Shown: positions 1 through 14,472, counted from the stretch's first letter. The stretch is DNA of 64,000 nucleotides from Octopus vulgaris (GCA_951406725.2 OX597815.1:154442001-154506000), one strand, 5' to 3'. The notes: generated by a model from the sequence alone, not told the origin. Made by a program: numbers and translations.

Positions 1-22
1 AATAATAATAATAATGATGATG

Positions 23-92
<70 letters not shown>
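1..92. repeat. (AAT)n microsatellite
   Basis: Direct tandem AAT run with a few GAT units. Confidence 0.95.
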
Positions 93-93
<1 letters not shown>

Positions 94-2364
94 GTAAAAC
101 AGAACTACTGCATGAATTTACTGTTGGCAAAACGATTCTTCTAAGATAAACAAAATCTGTTCCAACACGCGATTTCACATCAAGAATCTTGCAAGCCAAA
201 TTACGAAAAAGAAAGACCACTAATTTAATATATTATACGTAATGTACCAAGTTTGGAAGACTCTGAGTTTCCAAGTAAGATTACTCTAAGTAACGACCCA
301 CACCAAATCTACCTATGTTACATAAACTTTAGTATCTGGTCGCCTTAAAAAAATATCGATTTTATGAGCAAAGACTAGATGTCTGAAATGCGATTTTAAC
401 TTTAGAAAATTACTGCTCGGAGCCATAACTTACTAAAGTTCTTTTTAAGTTTATACATATATATTTACACAAAAAACAGCCAACACACATTCATACACTC
501 ATACAAACACATAGATCCACACATACAGTCACACAGACATTTCTTTATAAAATAAATGGAAATAATGTTTTTATACTTTTTCAGGGCCAGTTGTTTAAAG
601 GTACCGTTCCACATCTACCACATACGTTATTATATTTGATAGAGAAAATAAAATCTCAAAAATACGACACCGAATCTTGTTCTCCATCCTCCTTTTCTTT
701 TTACTTACATCACATTTGTCCTTTAAGAGGGATATTTGTGATGCAATGTATGTTGGAAAGTGAACATTAGAAAGCACTTACTCATATCAATCGGTGAAAT
801 ACGTTTCATTTGATAGCTAAGATTTGTGTCTTGAACAACCTTCTTGAAGGTCAGTTTGAAGTGACTAATACGGTTACATCCATGGACTGAGAGGATTAAT
901 GTTGTGCATAGCCCTGGAACCATACTGATTGCATAGACCCATGGTATATAGATGATGACCATCCCTTCCATTATATAAAATAGAAATTTTGGACAGGAAA
1001 AGTAATAGGCCTATAAACGTTAAATTCAAACAAAATTGAGCATTCGGTAAGAAATGATAGAAAAGATTGCGATAAAAATACGTATGGCGGATATAATGAA
1101 ACACTTATGTAGGAACAGGAGAGTTACGTCAATGTTTTATTAAGTTTAAAGATATCAAGATATCAAACTATAGAGATATAAATCAAGGTCAATAATTGAA
1201 TTGTAAAACAATACGACTCCGCATGATTTAATTTCCTTAACCTTATATGATGATATTTGCAATTATAAATAAGCATAACGCCTCGCATATTTTTGGTGCG
1301 AGTCATGAAGCAGCTTAAAATATTGAGAAGTGAGAAATTTAGAGCAAAGTAATTGGGGATTAATATTTTCATTTAAGAAATTTTGCCTTGCGTAACTTCA
1401 AAATACTTTATAGAATAGAAACGTACACATAGTGACAGAACATTCAAGAAATAGTAGTAAATTTCTTTCAAATAATACTTTATTGTCTTAAGAAATAAAA
1501 ATTCAATAATGTGACCCAAGACACACTATATCTAAAAGATAAGAAGATGATCAAGAAACGGACGCTCAAAGCTAGAACATTGTTTGCTTCTTTGGTCGGT
1601 TTCAGTTTTGCTACCTTTGGTTAGGCAACAATAACCGTCTGGAACTGAATAAATGTCACAGCATTCTATTTATGTTCTGACGTATAAACCCTCTGACTAT
1701 CGGTTTGATGATTTCTTCCATTTGGTAGAGAAATATATCATAGGATATGCTTCAGTTTCCAGTTCGAATCCCACATTTACATATACAATAGCTTTGAGAA
1801 AAATTTCACCATGAACTGACTTATTTAATCCAATAAGTCTTACGTTCTTGCATGCCGCAAGTAATCAAAATTAACGAGTCAATAAAATCTAATAAATTAG
1901 ACATTTTCATTATGTCATTTTTGAAAGCGAATTAACAAGTTTTGTTCCTTTTCTAAATAAGTCATCTGTTAAACATACTGACATTAGTCTTTTTAGTATA
2001 CGCTGTTAAACAGTGATGGTAATTAGAGTTGATAATGCAGTTTGTCAGCCGAATAATTAAGGCTAGTTCTCGGCGCCGTGATATGTCGGTGCCTTGAAAT
2101 GTCTGTGGCTGAAATATTCAATTTTTCATGGTCAGTCCATTATTTTAAAGTACTAAATCTTAACTGTTTGCTGAAATAGCCTGAGGGATATAACATTTCC
2201 AAGTGTTTATTTAGCTTTCACGAGTTCAATTCTTTATTCTATTGAAAAGAGAATCAGCCTGAACTCCTCCAGTTCCTATTTATCAGGAAATAGTGCAAGA
2301 GACAAAGTACGACCCAATGGATTATGAAGTTCATTGTCACACCAACTCACTGTTTTGATGTAAT

Positions 2365-2572
2365 GCAGTGAGTAGAGAGAATTGTTAGATGTTGGGCGAA
2401 ATGCTTACTAGCGTTTCGTCTCCTCATTATATTCCGGGTTACATTCTGCCGAGGTTGACTTTGCATTTCCTTCTTTCTAGGACGATAAAATAAGTACCAT
2501 TTGAGCCCTGAATTTGATGCAATCGTTTTAACTCCTCACCTAGAATTCCTTGCGTTGTACCAACATTTGAAA
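2365..2572 (+). mobile_element. Degenerate tRNA-derived SINE (Deu/Nin-like core family)
   Basis: GCCGAGGTTGACTTTGCATTTC...GATAAAATAAGTACC matches the better copy at 35088-35315. Confidence 0.7.
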
Positions 2573-3349
2573 TGATTATTAGCTAGTTGCATTATGTAAC
2601 ATTTTTGTTGAATTTATAATAAGGAAAATGAAGAGCAAACTGTTGACATCTGAGTAATACTACACAACTCATGTATTCAACTGGAAACAAATTGGTTATT
2701 ACTTTATGAAAATTATTTCAAAATATTTCTGATTCAAAAGGTCATGAGTAAAGAAAAAGTGAAACAAAATAATAGAAAGGTTAATATATGATTGGTAGTT
2801 TACTTGATTTATGATATGTTTTACGTATAAGATAAAATGTGGTTGAATAAACATACACTAGATTAAGAAATATCAGCTGTTTACAGAAAAAATGTTTAAA
2901 AGTAGTAACGATACTGACAAAATATATATGCCTACAAAGAATGATACATTGTGGAGAAATCACATAAGGAGTTACTGAATATTTCAGTTATATGATGAAA
3001 ACCTGTCTATGGTTTCACTGAAAAAGAAATGTTGAGATGATTGGTAACTACGGTAATAAAGCGTGAATCAACGAAGAATCTTCTACATTTGTATATTAGC
3101 TACTGAAATTTTTGCAACTCCTTCTAACCACATAATTTCAGACGGCTGTGTTAAATTTGAAACGTCGCACTGAATATTGTAGTTATATATAAGTGCAAGT
3201 GTGTATGAGCGTGTGCGTGCGTGCACATGTGTGTGTATGTATATGTGTGTATGAATGCATATGAATGTATGTATACAATATATATATGTATGTTTACCAC
3301 TATATATATATATATATACATACATGCATATATATAAATATATATATTA

Positions 3350-3397
<48 letters not shown>

Positions 3398-4233
3398 GTA
3401 TGTATGTATGTAAGTATGTATATATATATATATTATGAAGTCTCTAAATTGCAAGATACTTGCAGCTGAAATGCGTTTGATCATTGGTCGGCTCCAGCAG
3501 AAGTGATCTGGAGCTAAAATAAAACATATAAACAAGAATAGACAATAATACAATCCATTATTATTAAATGCAATCTATAATTTAATATCGGGTCATCAAC
3601 GTCAAAACTTTTTGAGCTTCTGGATGCGTTATAGAGACTTGAAATTTACAGAAAAATGGACAGATTTGTAAAAAAAAATGTATATTTGTTCGAATACAAA
3701 ACTCTATTCCAATCGATATTTTGTTCAAAAAGAGTTTTAACTGATTAATTTTACATTTATCATCTGTGGAATGTTTTTCAGGAAACGTTCTATAGCAATT
3801 AGCCATAAGGCTCTCTTGTTCAGAATATTAAAAAAAATAAAAAAATAAAAAAATAAGAATAAAAATGAGATACAAGTTTTTTTGTACTGAATATTAGCAG
3901 AGGTTAATATTAGTCACAGAAATTAGCCTTTTGCATTCAAATGTTAGCACGCTTCTGGCATTCATTGATATCTTACAGAAGTTAATTGCTGAGAGAGTGA
4001 AAGGAATTGATAAAAACGTTTATATTAAAAAGAAATTGAGCATTTTTTTATATGGCTTAATGAAACATATCTCCACATGTAAATAACGTGACAAATTCGT
4101 GACATTATCATATTACTGATTCAAGAAACGAAAGAGCGTAAATGTAAAAATATAAACAAAAATTAAATAATAACGATACATGAACGAACATAGAATTAAA
4201 AAGAAATCATAAATTAACCAATAGTTTACTTAC

Positions 4234-4570
4234 CGCTAAAGAGGTTGTCTAAAAGTGTCATTGGTAAACAAAACACAGCAACTAAAATGTCAGCTACAGC
4301 AAGATTGACAAGGAAATAATTTGTTACTGTGTGCATATTCCTGTTTCGACATACCGTGGCAATCACAAAAATATTACCAATGAAAGCAAAAAGAAACACT
4401 GTTCCATAAGCCACTGAGTAAATTATAATATTGTGAAGTTGTTGCTTTAACAAAGGGTAAGTAATTATATGGTGTGTTATATTACTTCCATTTATACTGG
4501 ATATAACAGAGTCGGTTATTTGGTCAGTATAGTTATCAAAATCAGAGTACAAAGCATCATTTTCCTCCAT
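4234..4570 (-). CDS. First coding exon of a rhodopsin-like (class A) neuropeptide GPCR, SIFamide/NPFF-receptor-like (N-terminus, TM1, TM2)
   Basis: The ORF has N-terminal N-glycosylation sequons (NYT, NGS, NIT), TM1 ending [13 protein letters not shown] (GN motif) and [35 protein letters not shown] (TM2 LAxAD). It ends at a canonical donor G|GTAAGT (plus-strand ACTTAC 4228-4233), phase 1, just before the expected ECL1 Trp. The subfamily call rests on motif resemblance only. Confidence 0.9.
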
Positions 4571-7500
4571 TGTTAACTTTCTATAACGAAGCCGTTATTT
4601 TTTTTATTATCCAATGTGTTTCGCTGTGTCTTTTGCACGGATTTTTTTCAAATAATGCTCAAATGTTTATGATGATGTTTTGAAAAGTATGAAAAGTGAA
4701 AAATCTCTTTGGATTAGTTTTCATAACTGTCAGAACCTTTATATGGTAACTTCATTCTTGAAGCCGAAAAACAAATACTTCGGTCGCCAAGATATTCAAT
4801 ATATTATTGGTGTCAAACATCGAGAAAAGTTGTAGCTTTAAAGAATGCCAATTTGTAATGATACAATGCTTCCAAACTTTTAAATATTGATTCGCTACTT
4901 ATCGATCCAACTCTAATAAGCAGTGATTATATATTAAAGGCCAATAAAATATATTTGTATGTGCGCGCGCTCCGATATGAGCGTGATTGTGTCTGTTTAT
5001 GCCTGTGTGTCTGTGTGAGTCTCCGTATATCTGTGCCTGTATGGGTGAATGTAGGCGAGTGTGAGAAACGATTAGATGATCTATATTATACAATATTCAT
5101 AAAACATTATCGGTTTGAATAAAATAAGAATAAAAATTTCAATTTTAAATTTTTACAATTTGCAGTAACATAAATTGCCAACATTTTAACTTCTATGAAT
5201 AAATAATTATATAAATCAACAATGATTGAAAATTGTAGATCTTTACTGCTTCATAGTAGAAGTAATCAAATCACTGGATAATTGGCAAATTAAAGAAAAT
5301 ATCTTTTAAATTGTCCAGTTGGAATAAATGATTTTTGAAAGACAATCAAATTATTTATTAGGATGCTGTTTATGTTCACAAAACAGCATACTTTGTTTCA
5401 CGAATTAAAATTTACTATTGAAATTGTTATAATAATAACATTAGCACGCCGAAAATGTAATTAAGTGAAAAGCTTAATTGATATAACTGTGGAATAACTT
5501 CACAATAATGCAAATAAAAAGTAAACTTTTGAGGTGCATTTATAGAAATAAATGATATAGTCGTATGACTCTACACATGAAAGCAACAGTATGAAAACGT
5601 TGTGAAATATTTTACTTTTATATTTATATGCAAACAATAAACTGTAACTTCATAAACAGAAAACAAAAGATTTTCTTAAAGAGATTTCACAAAGTTTCTG
5701 CGAAAATAATGAAATATATATAATATATTATTATTACAATTTTGGTTTCGTGTGGCAGTAATAATAATAATAATGATAATAATAATAATGATAATAATAA
5801 TAATAATAACAACAATAATAATAATAACAATAATAATAAGTATATATATATTTGTATGTATATATATATATAAACTGTGTATGTATGTTTATATGTATTT
5901 TATCCGTATGTGTGTATGTGTATATAGATTCTATGCGTGTAAAATGTTTTATGTATATGCTTGTGTATACCTTTTTGTAGTTTGTTAACTGAGTGTGCTT
6001 TGTGTCAAAATGTATGTTTCTAGTTTCCCAATATATAAAAAAGTTGTTATTTTACAGGGTATTTAGAAAAGTATTTTAATATTATTATTCTAAAGGTTAC
6101 AAAAAATAATTCTGCAGTTTTTGTATGAAATTAGCTCAGAAATTAATTACGTTCCCAATGTTATTCTCATTAAAATAGTCATTACTTGGAATGTTGCTTC
6201 TATTTTTACATAAACGGGGAAAAATATCAAAGTGATTCTCGGTTTCATATATTAATTATAATTAGTGTAATATTGTTCACAGTTTATTAGAAATGCTTAT
6301 CGTAGTGTAACAATATATTGTAAGCTTTAAGTGAAAAGAAAATTTGATGAATAATTTAGAAAACAATATTCCAAGATAATTTATCTAACCTAGTAATTGC
6401 CTTATGTTGAGCATTACTGTAAATAGACTCAGAGCCGTGTAACTATTGTTTACCTATTGATTTTATGCCAGATTTCAAAAAACGACAATGACAGCTTAAA
6501 TGAGTGATGAACTCATACATAAACGAGGTATTAACACACACGCAATAACAAATATTTAGATACATATGTATGTGAGCCTGTTTGTGTGTGTGCGTGTGTG
6601 TGTGTGTATGTGTATGTGTTTGTGTGTGCATATGTATATCAGTATGTATGTATATATGTATATATCTATCTACCTATATCAATATAAATATATATATATA
6701 TATATTGATATTGATATATATATATGTATGTATATATACGAATATAAAGTTATATATAACTATATATGTGTGCTTGGGTGTGTATGTGTGCGTTATTTGT
6801 AACGAGTGTTTGCTTTGGGTTTTTTCGTTGTTTTTTTTTCTTAGATTTGTGATAAGTTTTTGAGAAACCCAGTATATTTCAATACAGCTGCACGATAATA
6901 TAAATAAAATTTCGGTGTGAAAATCACAACAGTCACAGCAGCAACAGCAGCAGGGAGCAGCAGCAGCAGCAGCAATAACAACAACAGCAACAACAAGAAT
7001 ATTATATTTCAGAAAGAAACCACTAATTTGTCGATATGGAAGAGTTAATTAAATCGATACATGTATTTGACCAGTATGTGCTTTAGAGTTAAAGGTTAAA
7101 TACATTTTAGGGCATTGATCTTTAAAGAAATAGAAAAAAAATCTTAAAAGATATCAATCTATATCGTTAAAATAGATAAGTATATAGAAGTATATATGTT
7201 CAGCTAAGTTTCTAATTCTGTAGCTATCAAGTGCTTCTATTAATGCTCTATATGTTTTCTTCCGTAATTAAATTTTGTGAGAAATATTTGTAGCAAATAA
7301 CTGGACTGGTTATACTTAAAAAAAAACCCCCAATCCATGCGTAAACATGTCTCTTTACATGCATGTATGCGAACGCACATTCGTGTATTTTTTATGTTGT
7401 TATATCTGAGTTTTTATGTTACGTGTGTATGTGTGTGTATGCGTTTGTGTTTGTGTGTGTGCACTCGTGCGTGTATTTATGTATGTAATTACAAATATGT

Positions 7501-9604
7501 GTGCGTATGCATGTAAATACTTAAGTATATATATGTATGCGTGTGTTTACTGTTGTTGCTGCTGATATCATTATTCTTTTCACGAAATGCTTTTCGGCTA
7601 ACAATCCTTTAAAAAAAATCTTACCGTTGAAATGATGCGAGAACTTCTAAAAGAAGAACGGCGGCAGCAAAAGTAGCAACAGCAACAATGATAGTAAAAA
7701 TAATAATTTCAAAGTCTGGAAATTTGGGAGAAAGAAGCTTGATTAAATCAGCTCAATTATTGAACTGATTTATATATTACGATTATTTACATGTAAGAAA
7801 TTATTGTTAAGGTGATATTAGTGCGATTTAATTTTCCTTTTAACACATACATTCATACACACACACACAGACACACATACACACACCCATACACACACAC
7901 ACCCTATGTATCTATCAATTTTTATATACAATTATTCCTGCTAAATGTAATAGTTTTATAATTTTTAATACCAACTCACACCCCTTACTCAAATATCAAT
8001 CTATATATTGTATATAATCGTGCTTGTGTGTGTATGCTTGTGTTTCTGCATCTGCATAAGTGTGTGTAAGTATGATGGACTTTAGAAATCTACAGAATTT
8101 TTTTTACGTTGTATTTATCTAAGAATAACCAAAACTTTTTTCTCTCTCTCTCTTTCTCTCTCTCTCTTCTCTCTCTCTCTCTCTCTCTCTTCGTTTTTTG
8201 CTTTCGATGTTAAAAGTGATGTCAACGCAAGTAAGATTGTTTACATTAATAATAATAATTGTATTAGTAATGCTGATAAGATCGATTACTTTTGCGTAAA
8301 CACGAGATTAATTTTCTGTGGAGACAAGTTATATTTTAGTTCGGCCCCAAAATGCTCCAGTTAACTTTTTACTTTTCTTTTTATCGAATCCGGATTACTC
8401 AATTCAAAATCCTAAAATCAGAATAAAAGTTGTTTAATCCTGTGTGTAACTGTTTGTTCATTCTCACTACTCTCAGCATAAACAAATTAAAATGACAATT
8501 TTTTAAAGAAATTTGTATAAAATAAATCACCTTTCTTTTTTCCCCATAGAATTGTTGAATATTAGTCGCACTCCACCGTTCCGCAACACAATCAAATACA
8601 ACCGGTGTCCTTTCGACTGCTTATAGTGTATCTTCTGTGTGTGTGTGCGTGTGTTTGTGTATGTGCGTGTGTGCGTGCGTGTGTGCATGCGCGCACGTGT
8701 GTTTTTGTCCGTGCCTACGTATACGTATATGTGTCTGTGTATCTATGTACGTGAAGGGTAGATGGAAATATATATATAAATATATATTGATCACTTTATA
8801 TTTAATCCTTAATTTCCTCCTCCGTATGTAGCCATGGTGATAATGGAAACATTTTACACATAAAACATCCTTGTATCAACTGTAAGATGTATTTGCTGGT
8901 TTTTAACATCGAGGTTGTTGTTACTGGTGGTTGTACTAGGTTGACATTATTTCATTGTAAATAATAGTAAATTCCTATAGCAGAGGCGCATGTAGATATA
9001 ATTTGAACACGTTTCACATTGCAGTGCATCAGTGATGTGCTGGTTTATTTATCCTTTGCTTATGTTATTTATTGTTACTTTTATTTTTGTGTTTATAAAA
9101 TAAGCTTTATCTCTCTCTCTCTCTTTCCCCCTCTCTCTCTCTATTTATCTATCTCTCTATCTGTCTATCTGTCTATCAATCTATCTTTCCAAGTACCTAA
9201 CTATCTGTTTATATCATATATGCATTAGGCTTTGTTTGACGTTGACCGCACGGACAACAAGTGACTTTTCTACAGTAGAAAGTATCAGCCGTAGAAAATG
9301 ATAAGGAACAGGAGAGTAAAGCGAGAGAGAACAGGACAGAGCAAACTAAACAGAGAGAGAAAGGTGATAGAATTACAAAGGACTATGAGAGGGGGCGTGA
9401 AAATAAGTTGGCTGATGTTAGAATGAGAGGATACTCTAAGGAAATAAGAGTCAAAGACTGCAGTAACTTCATAGATGATGATAATTTAAATGAGAGAGTA
9501 AGAAAGAGAGAGAAAGATAGAGGGATAGACGGTGAGGGAGAGAAAGGATAGAATGAGTGAGGGGGTGTTTATGCTTATGGAAGAAGGATAAAAATGCATG
9601 CGAG

Positions 9605-9671
<67 letters not shown>

Positions 9672-9682
<11 letters not shown>

Positions 9683-9732
9683 GCAAGATTATTGGCTAAA
9701 CTGGCAATATGACTATTCCGAAATATAACAAT
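9672..9732. mobile_element. About 60-bp minimal Penelope-like fold-back remnant inside (TA)n
   Basis: 9672-9690 is the reverse complement of 40690-40708 (tail). 9691-9732 matches 40617-40658 (terminus of the 38927-40715 element) with one mismatch. Confidence 0.8.
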
Positions 9733-9757
9733 ATATATCTATATATATAAAACTCTA

Positions 9758-9802
<45 letters not shown>

Positions 9803-9831
9803 TTATATATATAAATATATATATATAATAT

Positions 9832-9865
<34 letters not shown>

Positions 9866-9902
9866 GTGTGTGTGTGTGTGTGTATGTGTGTGTGTGTGTG
9901 TG

Positions 9903-10205
9903 TGGAGGCGCAATGGCCCAGTGGTTAGGGCAGCGGACTCGGGGTGGCGGTTTCGATTCTCAGACCGGGTGTTATGGATGTTTATTGAGCGAAAAAACGC
10001 CTAAAGTTCCACGAGGCTCCTGCAGGAGGTGGTAGCGATCCCTGCTGTACTCTTTCGCCACAACTTTCTCTCACTCTTTCTTCTGTTGGCCTGCTCGCTT
10101 AGCCAGCGGGGTGGCGTCATTTGAAGGCTGAAACAATGCGAAGCGCATTGTGACCAGCGATGTGTATGCAACATATGATAGCCTGGTCGGTCAAGTGATC
10201 ACGTG

Positions 10206-10206
<1 letters not shown>
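9903..10206 (+). mobile_element. tRNA-derived SINE
   Basis: A-box-like TGGCCCAGTGGTTAGG and B-box-like GGTTTCGATTCTC head; shares GTTTATTGAGC...CTAAAG.TCCAC with 23115-23476. Confidence 0.85.
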
Positions 10207-10236
<30 letters not shown>

Positions 10237-10237
10237 C

Positions 10238-10276
<39 letters not shown>

Positions 10277-10634
10277 CAAGAGAAGAGGAGAACTAGAGCG
10301 AAAGAGAAAGACATAGGGAATGATATACTTAAGTTATTGAGTTCTCTCTACATCATAACATTATTTTGTGCGTAATGCTACTTGTAAATTTAATAAAATC
10401 TAATGTAATGCAATATAAATACATTTCACGCACACACACAGCGCGTGGGCTTGCCTTTATATGTTTGTGTGTGTGCGTGTGTGTGTGTGAGAGAGTGAGT
10501 GTTTATGTATGTATACAAGTATATATGCATGTGTGTATATATATATATATTCTTACATATATACATATATTTGTGTGTATACACACACACATATATATAT
10601 GTATGTATGTATGTATGTATCTCTCTCTCTCTCT

Positions 10635-10740
<106 letters not shown>

Positions 10741-12404
10741 ATGTATGTATGTATATATGTATGCATGTATCATTTATCGATGTCTTGCTCATTCACTCTC
10801 TACCACTCTGACTGCGTGAGTAAACAAGGGAAAGAAGTGACGGAGTAGGAGAGAAAGTGAAAGAGGGAGAGAGGGAGAACTTGAGTGTGTCATAAAAGCG
10901 AAGAAGGTTAAGGGATGGAAAAAAAATGAATGATTAGAGATGAGAAACAAAGGAACAAATTGAGATGAGGTGAATAAATAAAGGGATGAATATGGAGTTA
11001 CATTACGTATGAGAGAGTTGGAGTAAAGTAAAAGAGAACATGTCAAGATTTATTATATAAATAGTATTTGAGGGATACTGAATGACATGTGAAGAGGGGT
11101 AAGTTATATGTATGAGAGTAAATATTGATAGAAAGAGAGAGAAAGAGAGAGGGAGGATGAGAGGATGAGAGAGAGAACGAAGGATATGGAGATAGTGAGA
11201 GGAAGTTGAAAGTGCAACATGTGTTTGCCAATGTGATAATGCCTGTATAAGACTGAGAGACAGATAAAGAGTGTGTGCTAGAGTGAGAGAAAGAGAGAGG
11301 AAGAGAGAGAGAGAGAGAGAGGAAGAGAGAGAGAGAGAGAGGAAGAGAGAGAGAGACAGATTTATAGACTGCGAGATTATATGCATGACAGTAAAAAAAG
11401 ATTGAGATAAAGAGAGCGCATGCGAAGAGAGAGAAAGAGAAAGAGAGAAAGAGAAAGAACGAGAGTAAAAGGGACTGACTGACAGATAAGACTGAAAGTG
11501 CAATAGAAAGAGAGCAAGAGCTTATAAGCAACTGCACAGAGAACATTAGTGGAAGAATAATTTAACATCTGTTGCAGTTGTAAGGAACATGAGTTAGTTG
11601 GACAGTTGTAGTGAAACTACAGATATGATCGATCACTGAAAACATTTCGCTCGTCATATCAACAAACATCAACAATCAAACTATCTACTCTTAAACTTAC
11701 ATTTTTTTTTTTTGCCAACTAAACACACGCACTATATGTTCGTTCTTCTCTTCAGATTTATCATTGTTTTTATTTCATACCCCCTAGCATAGGAGCTGTT
11801 CTTCAAATGGATTTTCCTATATTATCTATCAAATTTCACTCACAAGCGTTGGTCTATTCAAGAGCTTATTAGAAGCCACTTGTCCAAATTAAACCACGCA
11901 GTAATATTGAACCCGGAACTACATAGTTACAATCAAACTTCCGAACACAACCCTAAGCAATAAAAGAGCCTGTATGAGTGTGTTGTTCAAAAAGCATATG
12001 TTCTCATATGTTTTGTATTTGAAGAAGTTGCCGGAATTGTCACAGTCAGTATACGCTTGAACTAACAAAAGAACGTCTAAAGTATTATGAACAATATATG
12101 TACGCACATACATGCATATATACATATAATAATATGCATATGAATATATGTGCATTGCATACACAGATACTTACATACGGCCGCATACACGCAACTTGTA
12201 TATGAAGATTTGAAAAGTGAAGAAGAAGAATGATTTGTCTAATCAGTAAAGTGGAAAATAATGCACAGAAATATAAACCTTCCTTTTTTTTTAATTATAC
12301 ACTATTCTCTCTCTCCCCGCTGTCTCCTCGTCTCTCTGTACCTTGCTCACTCAGTGTGTTTGTGTATACAACGCATTATCTCTGTACATAATGCCTATAC
12401 ATTC

Positions 12405-12460
<56 letters not shown>

Positions 12461-12465
<5 letters not shown>

Positions 12466-12744
12466 GGTTTGGAGATGATGTACAGGTATTATATATTAGA
12501 AGAAATGAGTTACTCAGAAATCTGGATGGTTTTACATTTACAGATATTTATAAGTATGTTACATGTTTTTATAAATTATATATCATATATTAGCGCTTTC
12601 GTCCACTCTAGTGGAGTTGTCAACTCCACTAAGCTTTACGAAGGTACTATTATATGATATATGATTTATAAAAACATGTAACATACTAATAAATATCAGT
12701 AAATATAAAACCATCCAGATTTCTTGAGTACCTCATTTCTTCTA
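12461..12744. mobile_element. Short Penelope-like fold-back element (tail 12461-12496; arms about 12497-12592 and 12647-12744) in (TA)n
   Basis: Near-perfect inverted arms, one-sided tail, TA tracts on both sides and a hammerhead motif in the loop. Confidence 0.75.
12591..12623 (-). ncRNA. Hammerhead ribozyme motif (U3-A8 core; stem I 5' strand lost)
   Basis: Minus strand reads UUGACAA-C-UCCAC-UAGA-GUGGA-C-GAAA-GCGC-UA; palindromic stem III AGCGCU. Confidence 0.6.
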
Positions 12745-14440
12745 TATATATATATATATATTGTTCATAAAATTTAAGACGTTCTTTTGTTAGTCCAAGT
12801 GTATATTGACTGTGACAATCCTAGTAACTTCTTCAAATGCAAAACATATCAGAAGAAATGCTTTCTGAACAACAACCATACAGGTTCTTTTATTGTGTAG
12901 GATTGTGTTCAGAAGTTTAATTGCGACTATGTAGCGCCAGGTTCAATACTACTGCGTGGTTTAATTTGGACAAGTGAATTCTCATAAATGCAGGAACAGA
13001 CCAGCGCTTATGAGTGAAATTTGATAGGTAACATGGGAAAACCCATTCGAAGAACCACTCCAAGGGTATTTTATACCCCTAACAAAGGGTATAAAATATG
13101 AACAATGATAAACCTGAAAGGAAGAATGAAAATAAAGTGTGTGTGTTTTGTTAGCAAAAAATAAATTAAAATGACATATGTAAATATAACACTTTCCCCT
13201 CAGCATTCTTCAAACATATTCAAACCGTTATCTTGATTAAGATTTCTATATAACCCCTAACTCTGTTTCGAAGATGGATCTGAATCTTCGACCTGAGGTA
13301 AATTGTTTCCTTTCTCCGAACATTTTCATGGACCTCAAAAGCTGTGACTGGTACTTCCTCTCCTTCTCTAAAGTATTTCAAATTAAAAAGGAAAAAAACT
13401 CTGCCCACATTTGTGTTTAATTTGTGGCAGGTATTGCCTGAAGTGCTTTTTAAATATTTACATCGTAAATATTTAAATATTAGCCATCGTAAAAACTGAA
13501 AGGGGAACATGATGTGGAATCATTTTCCTGCCATTATTGAACGGTCGAAACATAAAGGGATTCGTTGGCCCATTATTAGATTCTATTATTCATTGTTGAT
13601 CATTCTCGTTGGTTGGGTGACTACAAAAATACAACAGAGATGCGCAAGATTGCGTAAAATGGTGGAAAAGTTTCATACAGAAAGTAATAAAAGACGCAAG
13701 CATAGCTCTGTGATTTAAGAAGTTAGCTTCATAATCACATAGGAACTGTATGGAATAATGTCATGTGTGTGTGTGTGTGTGTGCTTGTGTGCTTGTGTGT
13801 GTGAGTGTGTATGTGCGTGTTGAGGTGTATGTGTATGTGTTTTCCTTTGTGTATTAGACTTAAAAAGTTAGTATTGACATCAATTTGTTCCATTAGTCAC
13901 ACGGAACTACTCCATCATAGTGACAGTCCAAAAACTGAAACAACTAATTGAATAAATAGGTAGAGTGTAAATGATGTCCTTTCCCTATGAAATGAACGTT
14001 CTTTAAATCATCTAATTATAAAATCTGTGTCCATAATTTGTTTCGAGATGCCGTTACTTAAGATGCTTTAGTGAGACTATCCTCAACTGTGTGCCAGGCT
14101 CACAATTTTGCAATACATCTTTGTGTTTGAGCTGCAGTCCAGCTGATAGGGAGACCATTCTACGTTAATAGAACCATTCTACGATAGAAAGAAGATTGAG
14201 TTGAAAAATATATCCCAATGTGAGGCAAAGATCGAATCGAATCCATATCGTGTCACATATTAACATAATACACTTTCTCAAGCATTCCAGGAACAACTGT
14301 AAGCGACTACTTATTTACAATAACTTTATTTGCACTCGTTATTATGAAGTAAATATCCTCGAGCACAAATTTTCAGTTCGGATAGATTTCACGCTTTATT
14401 ATACTCCTTCCACTTCGCTGTGTTGCTTTCTGTCTGTCTG

Positions 14441-14472
<32 letters not shown>

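Larger units (their letters stand above)
11700..13173. repeat. Old diverged inverted repeat (arms about 11700-12098 and 12757-13173)
   Basis: CACTTGTCCAAATTAAACCACGCAGTA (left) pairs with TACTGCGTGGTTTAATTTGGACAAGTG (right); CTAACAAAAGAACGTCT pairs with AGACGTTCTTTTGTTAG. Both arms contain a SINE remnant. Confidence 0.85.

Noticed and set aside
595-971. ORFs 595-777 (ending VDVERYL) and 723-971 as GPCR exon 2
   Set aside because: ERY resembles the DRY motif, but the expected WxFGxxxCK and TM3 sequence and a phase-compatible acceptor are absent; exon 2 is probably outside the window.
9903-9965. tRNA gene
   Set aside because: A- and B-box-like motifs are present, but there is no full cloverleaf and it continues into a multi-copy SINE body.
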